A DNA stretch of 64,000 bases from Pristiophorus japonicus (GCF_044704955.1 NC_091998.1:16430001-16494000); one strand, 5' to 3'. Shown: positions 38,766 to 54,168, numbered from the stretch's first letter. A program made the numbers and translations. Notes: generated from the letters alone by a model not told the origin.

Positions 38766-39739
38766 AAAAAGTTCAAATACTAAATTTAGTGCTGTCACAT
38801 TAGGACACATCTCTTACAAAAAAGTCTGACCCCAACTGAATAGGTTTTGAACACAGAAGAGGATGAACCCCAAAAGATTTTTTTTTCCATCTTTTACAGT
38901 GGGGATAAATTACAAATCCTGCTTAAATTGGGTAAGAGACAGCGAATATGACATTAAACAAAAATCTTATCACGGTTCTGAAATGGTCTGCTGCTCAAAA
39001 GAAAAGTTGCGGTAAAGGTAGACTAGGTTTTCAATACATCAAAAGTCAAAGACACACAGAGAAATAAGTACAATCTATTCAGCCTGCTAGAGTTGTCAAT
39101 TTTGTTAGTGAAACCTCACTGATCAAAGTTAAAAAGAGAATCTCATCTAATGGGGTTGATATTTAATCTTCCCAACCTCAAAATAAGACCCATAAGGCAA
39201 AAGATAAATCAGGATAAAGTCCCTGAAATAATGTTGGTCAGTCAATGGGATTTACGGTTTAATATGACTATTCATTTCATCTTGTCCACGGCCATCTATA
39301 AAATGGAGCAGAATTTTCCCATTACTCAACAACAAGTCATTGTAATGAGTGGAGTAAGGGCTTAATGTGACTTTCGAGAACTTGGTGTGATGCAATAAGC
39401 ATGCTCAGTTCAACCTCAGGTGTGACCTCTGCCCTCCCATGAGCAGCAGTTGTAGCAGGCAATCCATCATGAGGCTCATCCTGTCAGGCATGCAGCTTTG
39501 GTGCAGCTGTCTGTCATGGCGATAGAAGGGACCTGCTTAAAGGCAATCATGTCAATCTCTATGTGCCTGCTCAGACTAGACTGAAAGGTTGATCTTGACA
39601 GGCATGGCAAAGTCAGCATAAGACACTAGCAGGCTGAAGTTATATTCTCGGTGCTTTTTTTTAAATTTGGATATATGTCTTCATCTTTTTTTTTAAAATA
39701 CATAAACAGGTGAAAGCAGGTAGGCTGACAGAACCGTTC

Positions 39740-39819
39740 TTAAAGCTGATCATCGCGGATGAATCTGTTCCCCTCGGAGTGCCTTCCATGATAGACATAG
39801 CGACATTTTGCAAAAACAC
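39740..39819 (-). CDS. Candidate terminal coding exon of the unidentified host gene: (G)[25 protein letters not shown]
   Basis: Strong acceptor gctttctttttgtatttgtag|GT; phase-1 frame open to TAA; followed by 3'UTR-like sequence and a poly(A) signal. Confidence 0.65.
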
Positions 39820-42800
39820 CTACAAATACAAAAAGAAAGCCGACAGTAAATACATTGCCTTGTTAATTTTTTAAAAACGAACATATTTGCCTTTTCCAGG
39901 ATGCCTGCTCAATTGTACATAACTCTATGGTGCAAAGCTAAACTCATTGCTATTCTATGCCTCAGGAAACAGGAAGAAGGATAATCACTGAGGCAGGTAA
40001 AGTATTTTCCTCCTCTGAAGGTGGAAGACCTCATCCCAAAGCAGATTGTATCACTTCATGGTCAAACTGGGAATAAAGTTGTTCTCTCTGACACACTAAG
40101 CACTTCAATTAGCTGGCCTGTCACAATGGACCATGGAAAGACACAAAGCCTTTAGATAAGGTTATCTCAAGGAACAGAGCCTGCAGATAAAATCTGATGG
40201 TCAGGCAACTGGGCTAAGACAGTGGGTTAGAACATTCCCTTTCAGCGCAGAGTTTGAGTTTCGTCTACACGGATGAGATGAAACGCATGGCTCTGATGCC
40301 GATTTAAAGTACAAAGTGCAAAGCAGTTGAGCAGCCTCAATCAAGCTTGCAAGATGCAAGTCCACAATGTATAAATGCCTATAAATGCAACAAAAATTCA
40401 GCAATCGGGGAAGCTAGAATTCTGACATTGGACACCGAAGTAAACTAGTGGAAAGGCAGAAAATCCTCTTCCAAAGTCAAGCTTAATCTGGCTAATTTGT
40501 GGCAGTCTAGAGGCAACTTTGAAGTGTACCTAAATGTGAGGTGGCAGCAGTTATTCAGAGAGAAATAAAACATTAATACCATTATTCAATACCACAGTGC
40601 GCACAAAATACTCTCATGTATTAAATCGAAAGTCTCAGTTTAAAAAGTTGTCTTTGCTCCTCATCCCCTGACTGTGTTGATTCCTTGCTGAGGTGCAATT
40701 CCACAGCCACTCCCGTCCCCTCTGGTACCTCACACAAGTGACCTTTATTCACAGTTGAGTCTACACATTGAGTGGTGATGGGCTATTTGGCTGTGGCGGC
40801 ATCACCGCCTATACCAATCCTGACCTTACCCACACATGTACATTTACAGACTTTGACTGATATTCCTTTCTCCAGCGCAGGATCTGAGGGGCCAGGTACA
40901 GCACCTCATCGGAGACCAGTTAACTCAAAAGACACCAGGGCTGAAATCTGGATGGTCCTGGTCTTTACAACTCAGCTATCCATTGGTTCAACTGTGCTAT
41001 TAGGGGGCATCTTCGTGCTATTCTCTATTAGTTAAGAATTATTTCATCTTTACAATATTAATATCATTGGAGATTACGACCATTAATAATTTTAAAAAAT
41101 GAACCTTTAGACTAATTTCTTTTTGACTGTTATTTTCCAACATTTCACAATGTTCACAAAAGCTGGTCAACCTTTAATTTACTATGTCAGGACATTACAG
41201 TACAGCAACTCTATTATAGAACACACAGCAGTCCTCATCACAAGATAAAGCCATCACATTGTTTCCGTCTTAAAAAGCATAACTTAAATGAACTTGTACA
41301 AGTAGTTCATTGTGTAGTATGAACTCAGTGTATGATGGGGCCTGCTGGCTAATGGACAAGTAAAGGACTGCAGTGAGTCAGCACGTTGTACCTGGCCAGG
41401 CATACATCGAACATCACTTGTGGTTATTTTATCTGCAAACTAAGTCCTGTTGTATGTCTTCTTTTCACATTCAAATACATTGTGTTGCTTTCATTCTGTT
41501 TGCACTCAGACTAGGAAGGGACAGAGTAATTCGCCAAGGAAGGCAGCAGAACAAACAACTCTCATCAAATGGTCAGAGCTGTAGATGTCCTCAACATGAT
41601 TGCACAGTCAGTGCCTTGGAGTTCACATGAGGGAGGCAGCTATTGCTCAGAGTGCCAGATCTGAAGGATTCTTTCATTTAAGTGAAAGCTTTATCTTTAT
41701 AGTAGTGTATTGAAGTGTTTCATGTAATTTAAGATTCTGGACTTTTTTTCATTATTGGTCCATTTTAATTTTTTAGCAGCAGACAAGATCAGTCTATCAT
41801 TTTCTCCCCTCGATGCTGGGAAGAGCTAATCTCGGGAGAAGAAGATCACTCACGATGGTCTCCAGAAGGGACTGACAGGCTCGTGGAGGGAAGTGATGAT
41901 TGAACAGTGTCAAGGAGGGAAACGGCATCCTTGAAAAGAGTCGATGTGAGAAAATAACGACTCACGAGATGTATGGCACTATCATGTTGGTCTGGGTGGG
42001 GGGTGGGGAACAGCGGCGGTGTGTAAGGATGTGTTAACTTCGCAAAAAAATTAATTTTATTTCCCACTTATGGCACTCAAATGTTGCACACTAAATTATT
42101 GTGTAATTTTGTGCAAGAAATGTAATGCCTTTTGATCAATTCATTAAATTGCATATTACTTTTTCTCAGCCCGTAAACATACCTTACCATTACTGTAATA
42201 ATCCACAAGCAGATTTGACCCTATTTGCTCAGTCCTTCTACAGCATGCTAAATCATTGGCAAAAAAAATGCAGCAAAACTATCCGCATGTACGATAGCAG
42301 CCATAGCACTCAGTCATTGGTCAAGCTCAGAGAACGACAGTACAGTAAACCAATCAGTGGGCTGCTTGTCATTTGCACTTTGACCCATAAGGTCAGCCGA
42401 GCAGGCAGCTTCAGGTGGAACAATTCTATTGATAAGCTCGAAGCGCAGTTTCAATGGGACACAAACTGACAATTGCAGGGATATCTGGTCAATGTTTAAC
42501 ACTTGATGCCTTTAGGCTAGTCGGATCACTTCTTTGCAGAAACACTTTTGGCTTCTGCCCTTTACACGTTAGATTTATCGTGACCTTCTCCAACCCCCCC
42601 CCCCCCCATCCCCCACCAAAATAAAATAAATGAAGTGACTTGTTAAGAACATGTTTTTGTAGCCTATGTTAACAGTTGGTGATTGCAATCTGCTGGTGTT
42701 ACTGACGGATTAGAAACAGGACTGCGAACAGACATCCTGGTGAAAGAGCCACTTGAAGAATGCAAGAGACTGCAGCTAGGTGTCAGCGCTCAGAAACTGA

Positions 42801-45089
42801 AGCAAGGACATGTGGTATTAATATTGTCAATGATCTCGAGTCAGGAAAACAGATCCAGTATTCTCCGTCAGTTTTAAATAGATATCAAGTGCATTAATGA
42901 CAAAAGACCAGGCTTCAAACAAAGGAGCTGAGTGGTGATGTGCTGAGTGCACTCTGTGCTGGCAATAACGTGATCTGAAAAGACATTGTCAGTTGTGGAG
43001 ACAGGCCCGGAATTGTGAGCAGTGACAGAAAACAGAGATGAGGAGAAAGATACTGGTACCATATTAGTGCCAACCATATTCCAACATTGTCTGCGCTCCT
43101 AACTGAATCTGACATCATCTCCCATCACTTGCAGTATTCTCTGCTGCTCCTCCGCCTAGTTTTCCCCAGACATCATTACAAACTGTAGTCAAGTTTTATG
43201 TTACCAGCGGTTGTTCTGTCAGGGAGGTTGGGGCTCAGAGGCCTAGGGATAACCTTAGTCATTCTACATTGTGAGCTTGTAACGACGGGACACTCATTTT
43301 TTCTGATAACTCGCGCTACTTGAGGTGCTCTGTACAGCAACGTGTGAGCAGCTGTCACCTCGAATAAAGGGTTCGAATATTAAAGAAAGTGAATTTCTGG
43401 ATGTATCGTAAAGCAGTCGGACTGTCTGGCAGCAGGAAATAAATTCCAGCTGCTGTTGCTCGCCCGGGGATAAAGGTGCTCAAGCTAGTGACAGTAAAAG
43501 TCAGCTGAAATTTCTGAACTCCTGGGGTCTGAAACGCTTTAATTTTTTTTTTAAAGCGCTGGCTTTGCAGAGAAGCCACACCAGGCCATGCAGCTGCGAT
43601 TTGATGGCAAATCATATTTTACAACTTTCCTGTATACCTGATAAGCCTGGAGTTCAAAGGGGCAATAAAAAGATACTCATTTAAAATAGGAAGCTCAGAT
43701 ATCACGCAAATAAAGCAACAATTTACTTTATGGAAGGAAGTGTTGCAACTGAACAGTTAAACTTTAACAATTCAAAGTAGCCGAGAAATTGTTCACACTT
43801 GAAAAGTACACAAAAGTAAAAAGGCTCTGAAAACCTTGTAAAATAGAAAGGACAGACTTGCATTTATATAGCACCTTTCACAAACCCACGACGTCCCAAA
43901 GTGCTTTACAGCCAGTGAAGTACTTTTGAAGTGTAGTCACGGTTGAATCCTCGCCAAGTGGCCCCTCTTCAGGTGAACTAACAGGCTATTTGAATGTGGG
44001 CACCCTAAAAACTAAGCCTTATTTGATCTCCACACATGCACAATTTCAGGATGGCGATCAGGAGTGGGGACCTCTGCTGATTTTTACCCTCTCCAAATGC
44101 CACGGCCCACCATGTCCTTGCAGAAATCAGAGTGCAGTAAGGGACCGTCTGAGTCTATCTGGCTCACGACCAGACTAGGTGGTACTTTTGCTCAACGAGC
44201 CTTTTACATAACCTAGATTTGATTGAGTTTCCAAAGAAACTTGAAAAAAGACCTCCTGGGTGAACATTTCTCGTTTCAAGTGCCCATGGCATTGCCACAT
44301 GGTGACAAACTGATCTCTCCAACAGAAAATGGCTGCTGTATATGCTCGAGAAAAACAATGTAGATTAACTGGTAACAGCTGAATTAGTGTTAGAAGGTAG
44401 CTCTTCGATATATTTCCTATGTATTAAAGGCAACAATTCTGGCATCTGGAACTTTCCTTTGAAGCTGCCATGACCCAAAAGCGTTTTCCAACAGCTTACT
44501 GCTGTTGCTTTGCCTTTTTAGTTTTGCATTTTCAAAATGTAAAAGTAATCTTCTGGATTGCTGTGCTGGAATAACTGAACCCCCGTCACTCTCAATTCAT
44601 GTTATGGGAACATTCCCATCCATTTACTTGTATTTTCCTCACCATGCCTTTCTCTGGCAGGTTTACACATTTTGATATTGGACATATGGTTACATTTTGT
44701 ATAAAATCCTTCTCAAATTAGTGTTGCAAAAATGAACGTTGGATGAAAAAGAAAGGCACTGGCAGACTTTTTAATCACAGTAATGAATCATACAATGTCG
44801 CTGCATTTGAGAGTTTGCGATGGGAGTGCTTTACAAGTATGATTGATTATAATTCAGGAGAATCACAAGGCGCATCAGGCCAAAGAGGCTTATTTACTCC
44901 CAGGTTCCCTAATGTCCAATTTTCAGAGTCCAATTCAGTATTGAAGCAATCATGGAGAAAAACGTGGTGAAAGAGTGAATTATGCATGTGTACTGTAACA
45001 TGTGTGCAACACATGTTCTGGTCATTCCCCTGTATCCAACCTTTCAAAATGGTGGTCCAAAGCTGCCATCACATGTTCCCTCACTATTT

Positions 45090-45347
45090 GGGTTGCCAAC
45101 TCTCATTGAACATATTCCTGGAGGTTTCATCACACAACCTCCTGCTGCCAACCGCTCCGCCCACACGGTCCCGCCATTAGTCTCCCAAAGGCATTTGGAA
45201 AGCAAACTGGCTGTTAATTGGAAGATGCTTGACGGTCAGTCAAACAGCCATTTTATATTTTTCTCTAGGGTTGCTTGCAGCAGTGTCCCGGAGATTAATC
45301 TTTCATTCCTGGAGACTCCAGGTCAATCCTGGAGAGTTGTCAAACAT
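45090..45347. mobile_element. hAT-like MITE, inverted homolog of 59917-60146
   Basis: GGGTTGCCAAC terminus; TATTCCTGGAGGTTTCATCA is the reverse complement of TGATGAAACCTCCAGGAATA near 60103. Confidence 0.55.
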
Positions 45348-48300
45348 AGGCCGGCGCGGACACGATGGGCCGAAATGGTCTCCTTCCATGCTGTAAGTTT
45401 CTATGATTCTATAGTCATTATCCATACATTCTAGGCTGGCTAGGCCTAGCCACTGGAGAATGAGTGCTTCCTGCAGTATGTAGGTTGGCACAACTCTCTC
45501 TCTGCGGAGGGCATCACTACTGAGCTCCCACGTTGACATTAATCCACACGCTCTTTCAGCAGGGATCTTTGATACCAATGAGGAGTGGGAACCCCTGGTC
45601 GATTTTCCCCTTCCTACCCCACAGTAGCTCGCTTGCTGAGATTAAACTCAGCACAGACCAAGGTCCAAGGTCGTGTTACTCATGTATAGGTTGACTCGTG
45701 GTCCTAGTTGGGAGTGAGCTATGGCAGCCTTTTTCACAAGTGGGAGGATTTCAGGAACAGATTGGTCCACAGGTTTGTTCCATTAGCTTTCAAATTTTGT
45801 AACAAGCCTCATGATTCAGAACTATAATTTTAAAAATCTGAAATGATGTGAAGAGGCTTTTGAAGGTTAGAGTTTTTTTTTTTATAAACGGTCAACTCCA
45901 ACAAAAGGGACACTGTCTCTTTAAACTGTTGCTTTACCAAATGTCATAACCAATAATTGGCAGAGACCAAAGATGTATTCACTGCCAGTGCCAACTTGTT
46001 TAGTTACATGTCTCGCGTGTATAAATTGAAAATGACACTAAGAGGAATGTGCTGCAAATGCATTTTCTTAATATAAAACCGTTATGCTTTTATTGTATTT
46101 ATTTTTGTTAACTTTGATAACTTACAACTTAACAAACCAAAATTAGGTACAGATGATGCCTATTACAAATGTAAAGACTGTCAGTTTCTATTTCCATCCG
46201 TTAGTGTTCACTGAGGAGATTTAATCGGCTGCAATCTGATCTGGAAAAGTTGACATTCACATTTTCTTTTCCACATGTCTAACACAGCGTAAAGGAAAAG
46301 GCGCAGGATGGGTACAAGGGTAACCTGTGAATCATAGGCATGTGTGCACACTCAGAAAGGTTCGTGTCCCAAGGTTTCGGTGCAACTTATTCGTGATGAT
46401 GAGGTGCAGCAATATCTCTATAACTGCTAAGCAAAGAGGCCATCTCAGGCCCCCTCTTCATATAATCTGTTGCTGGAAAATTGAGAAGCAGCTCAACGTC
46501 CGTGGGAACAGAATGATGAGCTGATACACAATAATAAACCATATTGTGTCGAGCGTACAGTCATCGAGATCCTCTCGGGCCACAAGTATATTACCTTATA
46601 CAGACATGGCTGACATACATTTAAACCCCTATACACATTAAGAACCCATTAGTCTGACAGATTAAAAGTTATCTTGAAGCTAATGTTTCCATTATGTACA
46701 ATTTGGCAGCGGAACAATCAACACTTTGTTCCTCATATGTCATACTTTGTTTAAAAAAGGGAGGGCATCTCCACATCCGTGAGTGACATTGACATGTTCT
46801 GCTTTGATGTGAGCATGTGCTGTCTTCAGATTTGCTACTGGTGTTGAATGATTATTCTGCAGTAGTGATGACGGGAACAGGGATTTTTTTTGCGGGGGGG
46901 TGGGGGGCGGTTGGGGAAGAGGGAAGTGAAGAGGAGAAAATCAGTTAAGACACAATTTCCACACTGAAATATTGCTGCTCTTGAGGTTACTGAGGCCTTC
47001 TGTTTAACTAGAACCTTCAGGAAAAAACTAATTAATCAACAGCGCGCTGAAGTGGGTTTAATGATTGTATTCTGCATACAATCAGCTTTTCCCATTCCAG
47101 AGCCATCAATATGTCAAGGAAAGACATATCCAAAGGATGTAGCTCTTAACATCAAGGTTATCTGTTCTCCACAAGGCTCTCCCTCCTTACAGCCTGGTAC
47201 TTTACATTGGCTGCATTTAACATTTTCATCAACATGGCAATCAATCATGGTAATAATGCTGTGCAAAAGAAAAATCAATTAACAATGCAATTAAACTTTC
47301 CTTATTATCTGAAAGGGCTGAAATAATACCTGTAGGAAAAAGATAGACTCACAGAGCACAGACATCCATAACCACACATGAGACTGAATTATGGGGTTAG
47401 GCAGAGATCGGGCGTGTAGTGGTGTTGTTATTTTAGACTGGATATATCTCATCCAGACTGTTTATCAGTCCGCACGAACACTAGGCTTCATAGTTACTGT
47501 TCACCCTGCAGTCGTTTTAGAAAGATATGGCGAGTTTAACAAACACGTTACATCAAAGTGTGGAAAAGGTTAAACCTAGGTTACCAAAATGAAATAATCA
47601 GTTCAGGCTGTGCTTTATTGCACAGAACAGAGAAAACATTAATATGCAAAAACAAAAATCGAGAGAATTTTGCTTCATTAAAGTTAACTAACTGAAGGCT
47701 GAACCAATTAGTCATTATATTGTTTAGATTTTTGCTTCCTTACAGACTATTTGATATGGCAGCCATCTCCCTGAGACTCTATTGCTAACTTAAATCCAGA
47801 ACCTTCAAAGTTAAACTGACATTTGTTCTCTTCCAGTAAAAAATATTTAGTCCATTAAACATAAATACCTGTCATTATGATACATGTACTGAGTACAAGT
47901 CTCCAGTTTTCCTCCAATGTTTATTACATCCAAACAACTGCAGTGCCTGCATGTTTTCAACTTTAGTGTATTGATTAAACTTTTAAATGCCTGCCATATA
48001 ACCTAGGGACATCAAAAAGATTAATTTGCGTCAATGTTCATCTGTAATTCATTAGCCATTTATACTCTACAACCACATGGACTATCAAGAAAATGCATGC
48101 CATTTTTCACTGTAGCGATGCTTGGAAGCAAATCTTGGCAGTTCCACTGCATAAAATTAGGACACAGGGGCCTGTCCATTTACAGTGCAGTATTATGCAT
48201 TGCCAAAGAGCAACTAATTAAAGGAGCAGTAGATACAGAAAAATCTGAAACAGCATTCGTTTCCTATAATGTGCAATAAACAGCAACATAAATTGCTTGT

Positions 48301-48579
48301 TACTGGGAAACGAACAATTTAAGGATTTTTGCAGCCGAGGTAACCAATTAATCTACAATGCTAAATGGGTGCTCTCAATATAAAAATGATTTTGGAAGCA
48401 CGATGATATTAATCAGTAACACGTGCTCAGTCTCGCGAACAAGGTCTGGTACGATCTGCTTATTTTATTTAAAGCATAGATTTGCTCTATTGGATAAACA
48501 GTAGCAGTGGGACAAAGCACATTCATTGTTTGTGGTAACTACGTTGCTCATCAAAGCCAAAAATTAGTTGTCCTTGTAA

Positions 48580-49022
48580 TAAGAACATAAGAAATAACAG
48601 GAATGGGCCATTTGGCCCCTTGAGCTTGCTCCGCCATTCAATAAGATTAGGGCTGATCTGATCTTAGCCTCAACTCTACCTTACATATATTCAATGACCC
48701 AGCCTCCACAGCTCTCTGGGGTAGAAAATTCAAAAGATTCATGACCCTCTGGGAGAAGAAATTCCTCCTCATTTCCGTTTTAAATGGGCGACCCCTTAAT
48801 CTGAAACTATGACCCTAGTTCTAGATTCCCCCACAAGAGGAAACATCCTGTCTGCATCTATCCTGTCAAGCCCCTCAGAATCTTAAATGTTTCAATAAAA
48901 TCACCTCTCATTCTTCTAAACTCCAATGAGTATAGGCCCAATCTGTTCAACCTTTATTCATAAGACAACCCCTTCATCTCAGGAATTAACCTCGTGAACC
49001 TTGTCCGAACTGCCTCCAATAT
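48580..49022 (-). mobile_element. CR1 3' fragment with internal deletion
   Basis: TAAGAACATAAGAA tail; CCATTCAATAAGAT; ACCCTCTGGGAGAAGAAATTCCTCCTCAT; CACCTCTCATTCTTCTAAACTCCA. Confidence 0.85.
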
Positions 49023-51032
49023 TCAAGTGTGCAGATTTGTATTCTATGAATAAGGCCCACTGTACTAGAAAACAATTTGTAATATTACTGTAGTTGTTAG
49101 CTTATGGCATGGATCCTTTAAGAATGTGTACAATGCCACTTTGGAAACTAATGTGGCACCATGCTGGCGTTTAGGCCCTGTTATATATCAAAACTATCCA
49201 TTTATATTACTTGCACCAACAAGTCAGGTTGCTGTAAGTAATATAAGAATGATTCCTTGTTTCTTTTTATTTTATGAAAAATATAGAAATGTATACATTT
49301 GAATGAAACTCCTGTTCTTGCAATGCATGGCTTTATTCTTTAAGCAAAAAAAGCGTATGAAAGAAAACATTCTTAATCTTATTCCAAAAAAAATGGACAC
49401 AATTTGCCAAATAAATTAGTATGCATGAAGCCAGTTTTGGTTTAGGTTATAAATTATTCAAATAGTCACATATATGGAGGCAAATATAATATTTTAGAAA
49501 CTGGTGTGGCAGGACTGTGTCATAAATACAGAAATACCATATTAAGAGTATAGGTCAGATGAAATGCTGCCACATTGTGCAATCTATTATTGCATACACA
49601 GCTAGTGAGATCGTGTCATTTGCATCATAAAATGTCTAAGAAATGGTGGTTAATCAATAAGAGAATCAATATTGACTTACAATTTATTCACAAAAATCTG
49701 TAATGGTTGCACACTTTAAACCTATTAATTACTGAATATAGTGACTGTCTGACATACTATCATGAATTCGCATCACTAATAGTGACATATTTTTCATTAC
49801 AGTTAGTGGCCTCTGGTCTTTGAATGACCACAGCAGTGGCTCTGTCTAAAAGTAGCCTGTAATTACTTCAGGGGCTGTGGTGTTCCCCCTCACCCCCCAT
49901 TTCATGTAACTCTTAACTCTCATTCTATCATACAGACTGAAAATAATTAAATAAGGGCGAGGTATCAACAATTGCGAATTGAGTATTTGTAATGCAGCAT
50001 GTGTACTGACCTCTATCGCTTCTTTCATAATGGCCTATACACTCTAACTCGATTCATGGTGTCTGAAAACATATGAAATGCAGGAGTGAAACTGGGTTGT
50101 TGCTTCAATGTGTATTAATTGGTTTGAATATCCTTTTCCTCATTCCTGTTTGAATGGATCCTAGTGGATGTCAGCTGGTTCAAGATGGTTAGCCGATTCA
50201 GAGGTTAAACTGTGGGTACAGGGAGATCTACAATGTACTTGCTGAGTGAGAAAGATCTTATATGATTTAAGTTAACAAGCCACGTGAGTTATTAAAAGAA
50301 TGCTCCAGGTAAAACATGCACATCTCTATTTGTAAACCTTTCTCTGTTCTATGGAATTTCCTCATGCAAGACAAAAATTACATGTAATCTTCCTAGAACC
50401 CTGTATTATTTTACTTCCGGCTGCTTAATAGGCTTGTGTGTGGCCGGATGAATCTAAGTCCTGTGCTCGATGGCAGAGCGCTATTTCACTCTGTAACTGC
50501 GCTCAGTGACTCCTCCAAACTCAGCTTTGAACCAAATGCTGACAAAATATTATACGGGAACATAGCACTCCCCTTGGGTAATATTTTTCTCCCAAAGATT
50601 CCAACAATGCTGATTTTTGGACGGGTCAAATACTCCTCACAAAAATGTCTCAGAGAGCACTGGTCAGGAGATGTTGGACTTGGTATGCAGCAATGCCATA
50701 TTGTGTACCATTTCCAGGTACACAGCACTCACAAAATAAGCGTGGCATACGGCCTTCACATTTAGAATAAGCCTCTGAGAAGTATAATGAAAACCGACGA
50801 ATTTAAAGCCAAGTGCAATCTAATTGGGATGACTCGGAAGTCTGCATTGTGTGGGTCTTGCCTGAAGAAATCCTTCAAAGTGTCACACATCACTAGACCT
50901 ATAATAAGGATATTATTTACAACTGGGCACCAATGCGAACAATGGTGGAGGACTACTACACAAGTGTTAGCATAAGGTGAAGTGATCACTAGAGTGCTAA
51001 AATCCCCTAATTGTAATTCAAATTCCTTACTG

Positions 51033-53864
51033 CGCAGATAGCAGTTAACGGGTATGATGTTATTGGCATCACGGAGACATGGCTCCAGGGTGACCAAGGC
51101 TGGGAACTCAACATCCAGGGGTATTCAGCTTTTAGGAAGGATAGACAGAAAGGAAAAGGAGGCAGGGTGGCATTGCTGGTTAAAGAGGAAATTAATGCAA
51201 TAGTAAGGAGGGACATTAGCCTGGATGATGTGGAATTGGTATGGGTGGAGCTGCGGAATTCCAAAGGGCAGAAAACGCTAGTGGGAGTTGTGTACAGACC
51301 ACCAAACAGTTGTAGAGAGGTTGGGGACAGCATCAAACAAGAAATAAGGGATGTGTGCAATAAAGGTATAGCAGTTATCATGGGTGACTTTAATCTACAT
51401 ATAGATTGGGCTAACCAAACTGGTAGCAATGCGGTGGAGGAGGATTTCCTGGAGTGTATTAGGGATGGTTTTCTAGACCAATATGTTGAGGAACCAACTA
51501 GAGAGCTGGCCATCCTAGACTGGGTGATGAGTAATGAGAAGGGACTAATTAGCAATCTTGTTGTGCAAGGTCCCCTGGGGAAGAGTGACCATAATATGGC
51601 AGAATTCTTTATTAAGATGGAGAGTGACACAGTTAATTCGGAAACTAGGGTCCTGAACTTAAGGAAAGGTAACTTCGACGGTATGAGGCGTGGATTGGCT
51701 AGAATAGACTGGCAAAGGATACTTAAAGGGTTGACAGTGGCTAAGCAATGGCAAACATTTAAAGATCACATGGATGAACTTCAGCAATTGTACATCCCTG
51801 TCTGGAGTAAAAATAAAACGGGGAAGGTGGCTCAACCGTGGCTAACAAGGGAAATTAAGGTTAGTGTTAAAGCCAAGGAAGAGGCATATAATTTGGCTAG
51901 AAAAAGCAACAAACCTGAGGACTGGGAGAAATTTAGAATTCAACAGAGGAAGACTAAGGGTTTAATTAAGAGGGGGGAAATAGAGTACGAGAGGAAGCTT
52001 GCCGGGAACATAAAAATTGACTGCAAAAGCGTCTATAAATATGTGAAGAGAAAAAGATTAGTGAAGACAAATGTAGGTCCCTTGCAGTCGGATTCAGGTG
52101 AATTTATAATGGGGAATAAAGAAATGGCAGACCAATTGAAAAAATACTCCGGTTCTGTCTTCACAAAGGAAGACACAAATAACCCTCCAATTGTACTAGG
52201 GGACAGTAGGTCTAGTGAGAAGGAGGAACTGAAGGATATCCTTATTAGGTGGAAATTGTGTTAGGGCAATTGATGGGATTGAAGTCCGATAAATCCCCGG
52301 GGCCTGATAGTCTGCATCCCAGAGTACTTAAGGAAGTGGCCCTAGAAATAGTGGATGCATTGGTTATCATTTTCCAACAGTCAATCGACTCTGGATCAGT
52401 TCCTATGGACTGGAGGGTAGCTAATGTAACACCACTTTTTAAAAAAAGGAGGGAGAGAGAAAATGGGTAATTATAGACCGGTTAGCCTGACTTCAGTAGT
52501 GGGGAAAATGTTGGAATCAATCATTAAGGATGAAATAGCAGCGCATTTGGAAAGCAGTGACAGGATCGGACCAAGTCAACATGGATTTATGAAAGGGAAA
52601 ACATGCTTGATGAATCTTCTGGAATTTTTTGAGGATGTAACTAGCAGAGTGGACAAGGGAGAACCAGTGGATGTGGTGTATTTGGACTTTCAAAAGGCTT
52701 TTGACAAGGTCCCGCACAAGAGATTGGTGTGCAAAATCAAAGCGCATGGTATTGGGGGTAATGTACTGACGTGGATAGAGAACTGGTTGGCAGACAGGAT
52801 GCAGAGAGTCGGGATAAATGGGTCCTTTTCAGAATGGCAGGCACTGACTAGTGGAGTGCCACAGGGCTCAGTGCTGGAACCCCAGCTCTTTACAATATGC
52901 ATTAACAATTTAGATGAAGGAATTGAGTGTAATATCTCCAAGTTTGCGGATGACACTAAACTGGGTGGCGGTGTGAGCTGCGAGGAGGACGCTAAGAGGC
53001 TGCAGGGTGACTTGGACAAGTTAGGTGAGTGGGCAAATCATGGCAGATGCAATATAATGTGGATGCAATATAAGGTTATCCATTTTGGGGGCAAAAACAC
53101 GAAGGCAGAATATTATCTGGATGGCGGCAGATTAGGAAAAGGGGAGGTGCAACGAGACTTGGGTGTCATGGTTGATCAGTCATTGAAAGTGGGCATGCAG
53201 GTACAGCAGGCGGTGAAGGCGGCAAATGGTATGTTGGCCTTCATAGCTAGGGGATTTGAGTATAGGAGCAGGGAAGTCTTACTTCAGTTGTACAGGGTCT
53301 TGGTGAGGCCTTACCTGGAATATTGTGTACAGTTTTGGTCTCCTAATCTGAGGAAGGACGTTCTTGCTATTGAGGGAGTGCAGCGAAGGTTCACCAGACT
53401 GATTCCAGGGATGGTTGGACTGACATATGAGGAGAGACTGGATCAACTGGGCCTTTATTCACTGGAGTTTAGAAGGATGAGAGGGGATCTCATAGAAACG
53501 TATACGATTCTGACGGGACTGGACAGGTTAGATGCGGGAAGAATGTTCCCGATATTGGGGAAGTCCAGAACCAGGGGACTTGGTCTTAGGATAAGGGGTA
53601 GGCCATTTAGGACTGAGATGAGGAGAAACTTCTTCACTCAGAGAGTTGTTAACCTATGGAATTCCCTGCCGCAGAGAGTTGTTGATGCCAGTTCATTGGA
53701 TATATTCAAGAGGGAGTTAGATATGGCCCTTACGGCTAAGGGGATCAAGGGGTATGGAGAGAAAGCAGGAAAGGGGTACTGAGGGAATGATCAGCCATGA
53801 TCTTATTGAAAGACGGTGCAGGCTCGCATGGCCTATTCCTGCACCTATTTTCTATGTTTCTATG
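51033..53864 (+). mobile_element. CR1 LINE: near-complete ORF2 (APE endonuclease plus RT), 5'-truncated and frameshifted
   Basis: GITETWL, VGVVYRPP, MGDFN and GKSDHN (APE); NYRPVSLTS, YLDFQKAFDKV and KFADDTK (RT); tail TTTCTATG repeats; possible TSD TTACTG (51027-51032, 53865-53870). Confidence 0.96.
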
Positions 53865-54168
53865 TTACTGGAATGAGGTTCCATACCCAGTACAATGATC
53901 TCTGAATATTATTGAAAATTAATTACGGCTTCAAAATCAATTCAGATGAAATGCACATTCTCTATTCTAATGATATTTTCATAGCAGGTCCTCAGGGCAG
54001 GACGCTTGGACTGAAGTATGGAGAGAACACAGCCCCGATTGGGAAAGCAATGTTCTTGGTGAACAAACTGAGAGGTGGGTTGAGTTACACTAGTGTGCTG
54101 GACAAATGCTGCCTTGATAGTAAGCTCAGAGGAAACTCATCAGAATTGTATTTTTCAATGTGTAGAAC

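Noticed and set aside
51167-53782. Intact, active or domesticated LINE ORF2
   Set aside because: 5'-truncated and split into three ORFs by frameshifts
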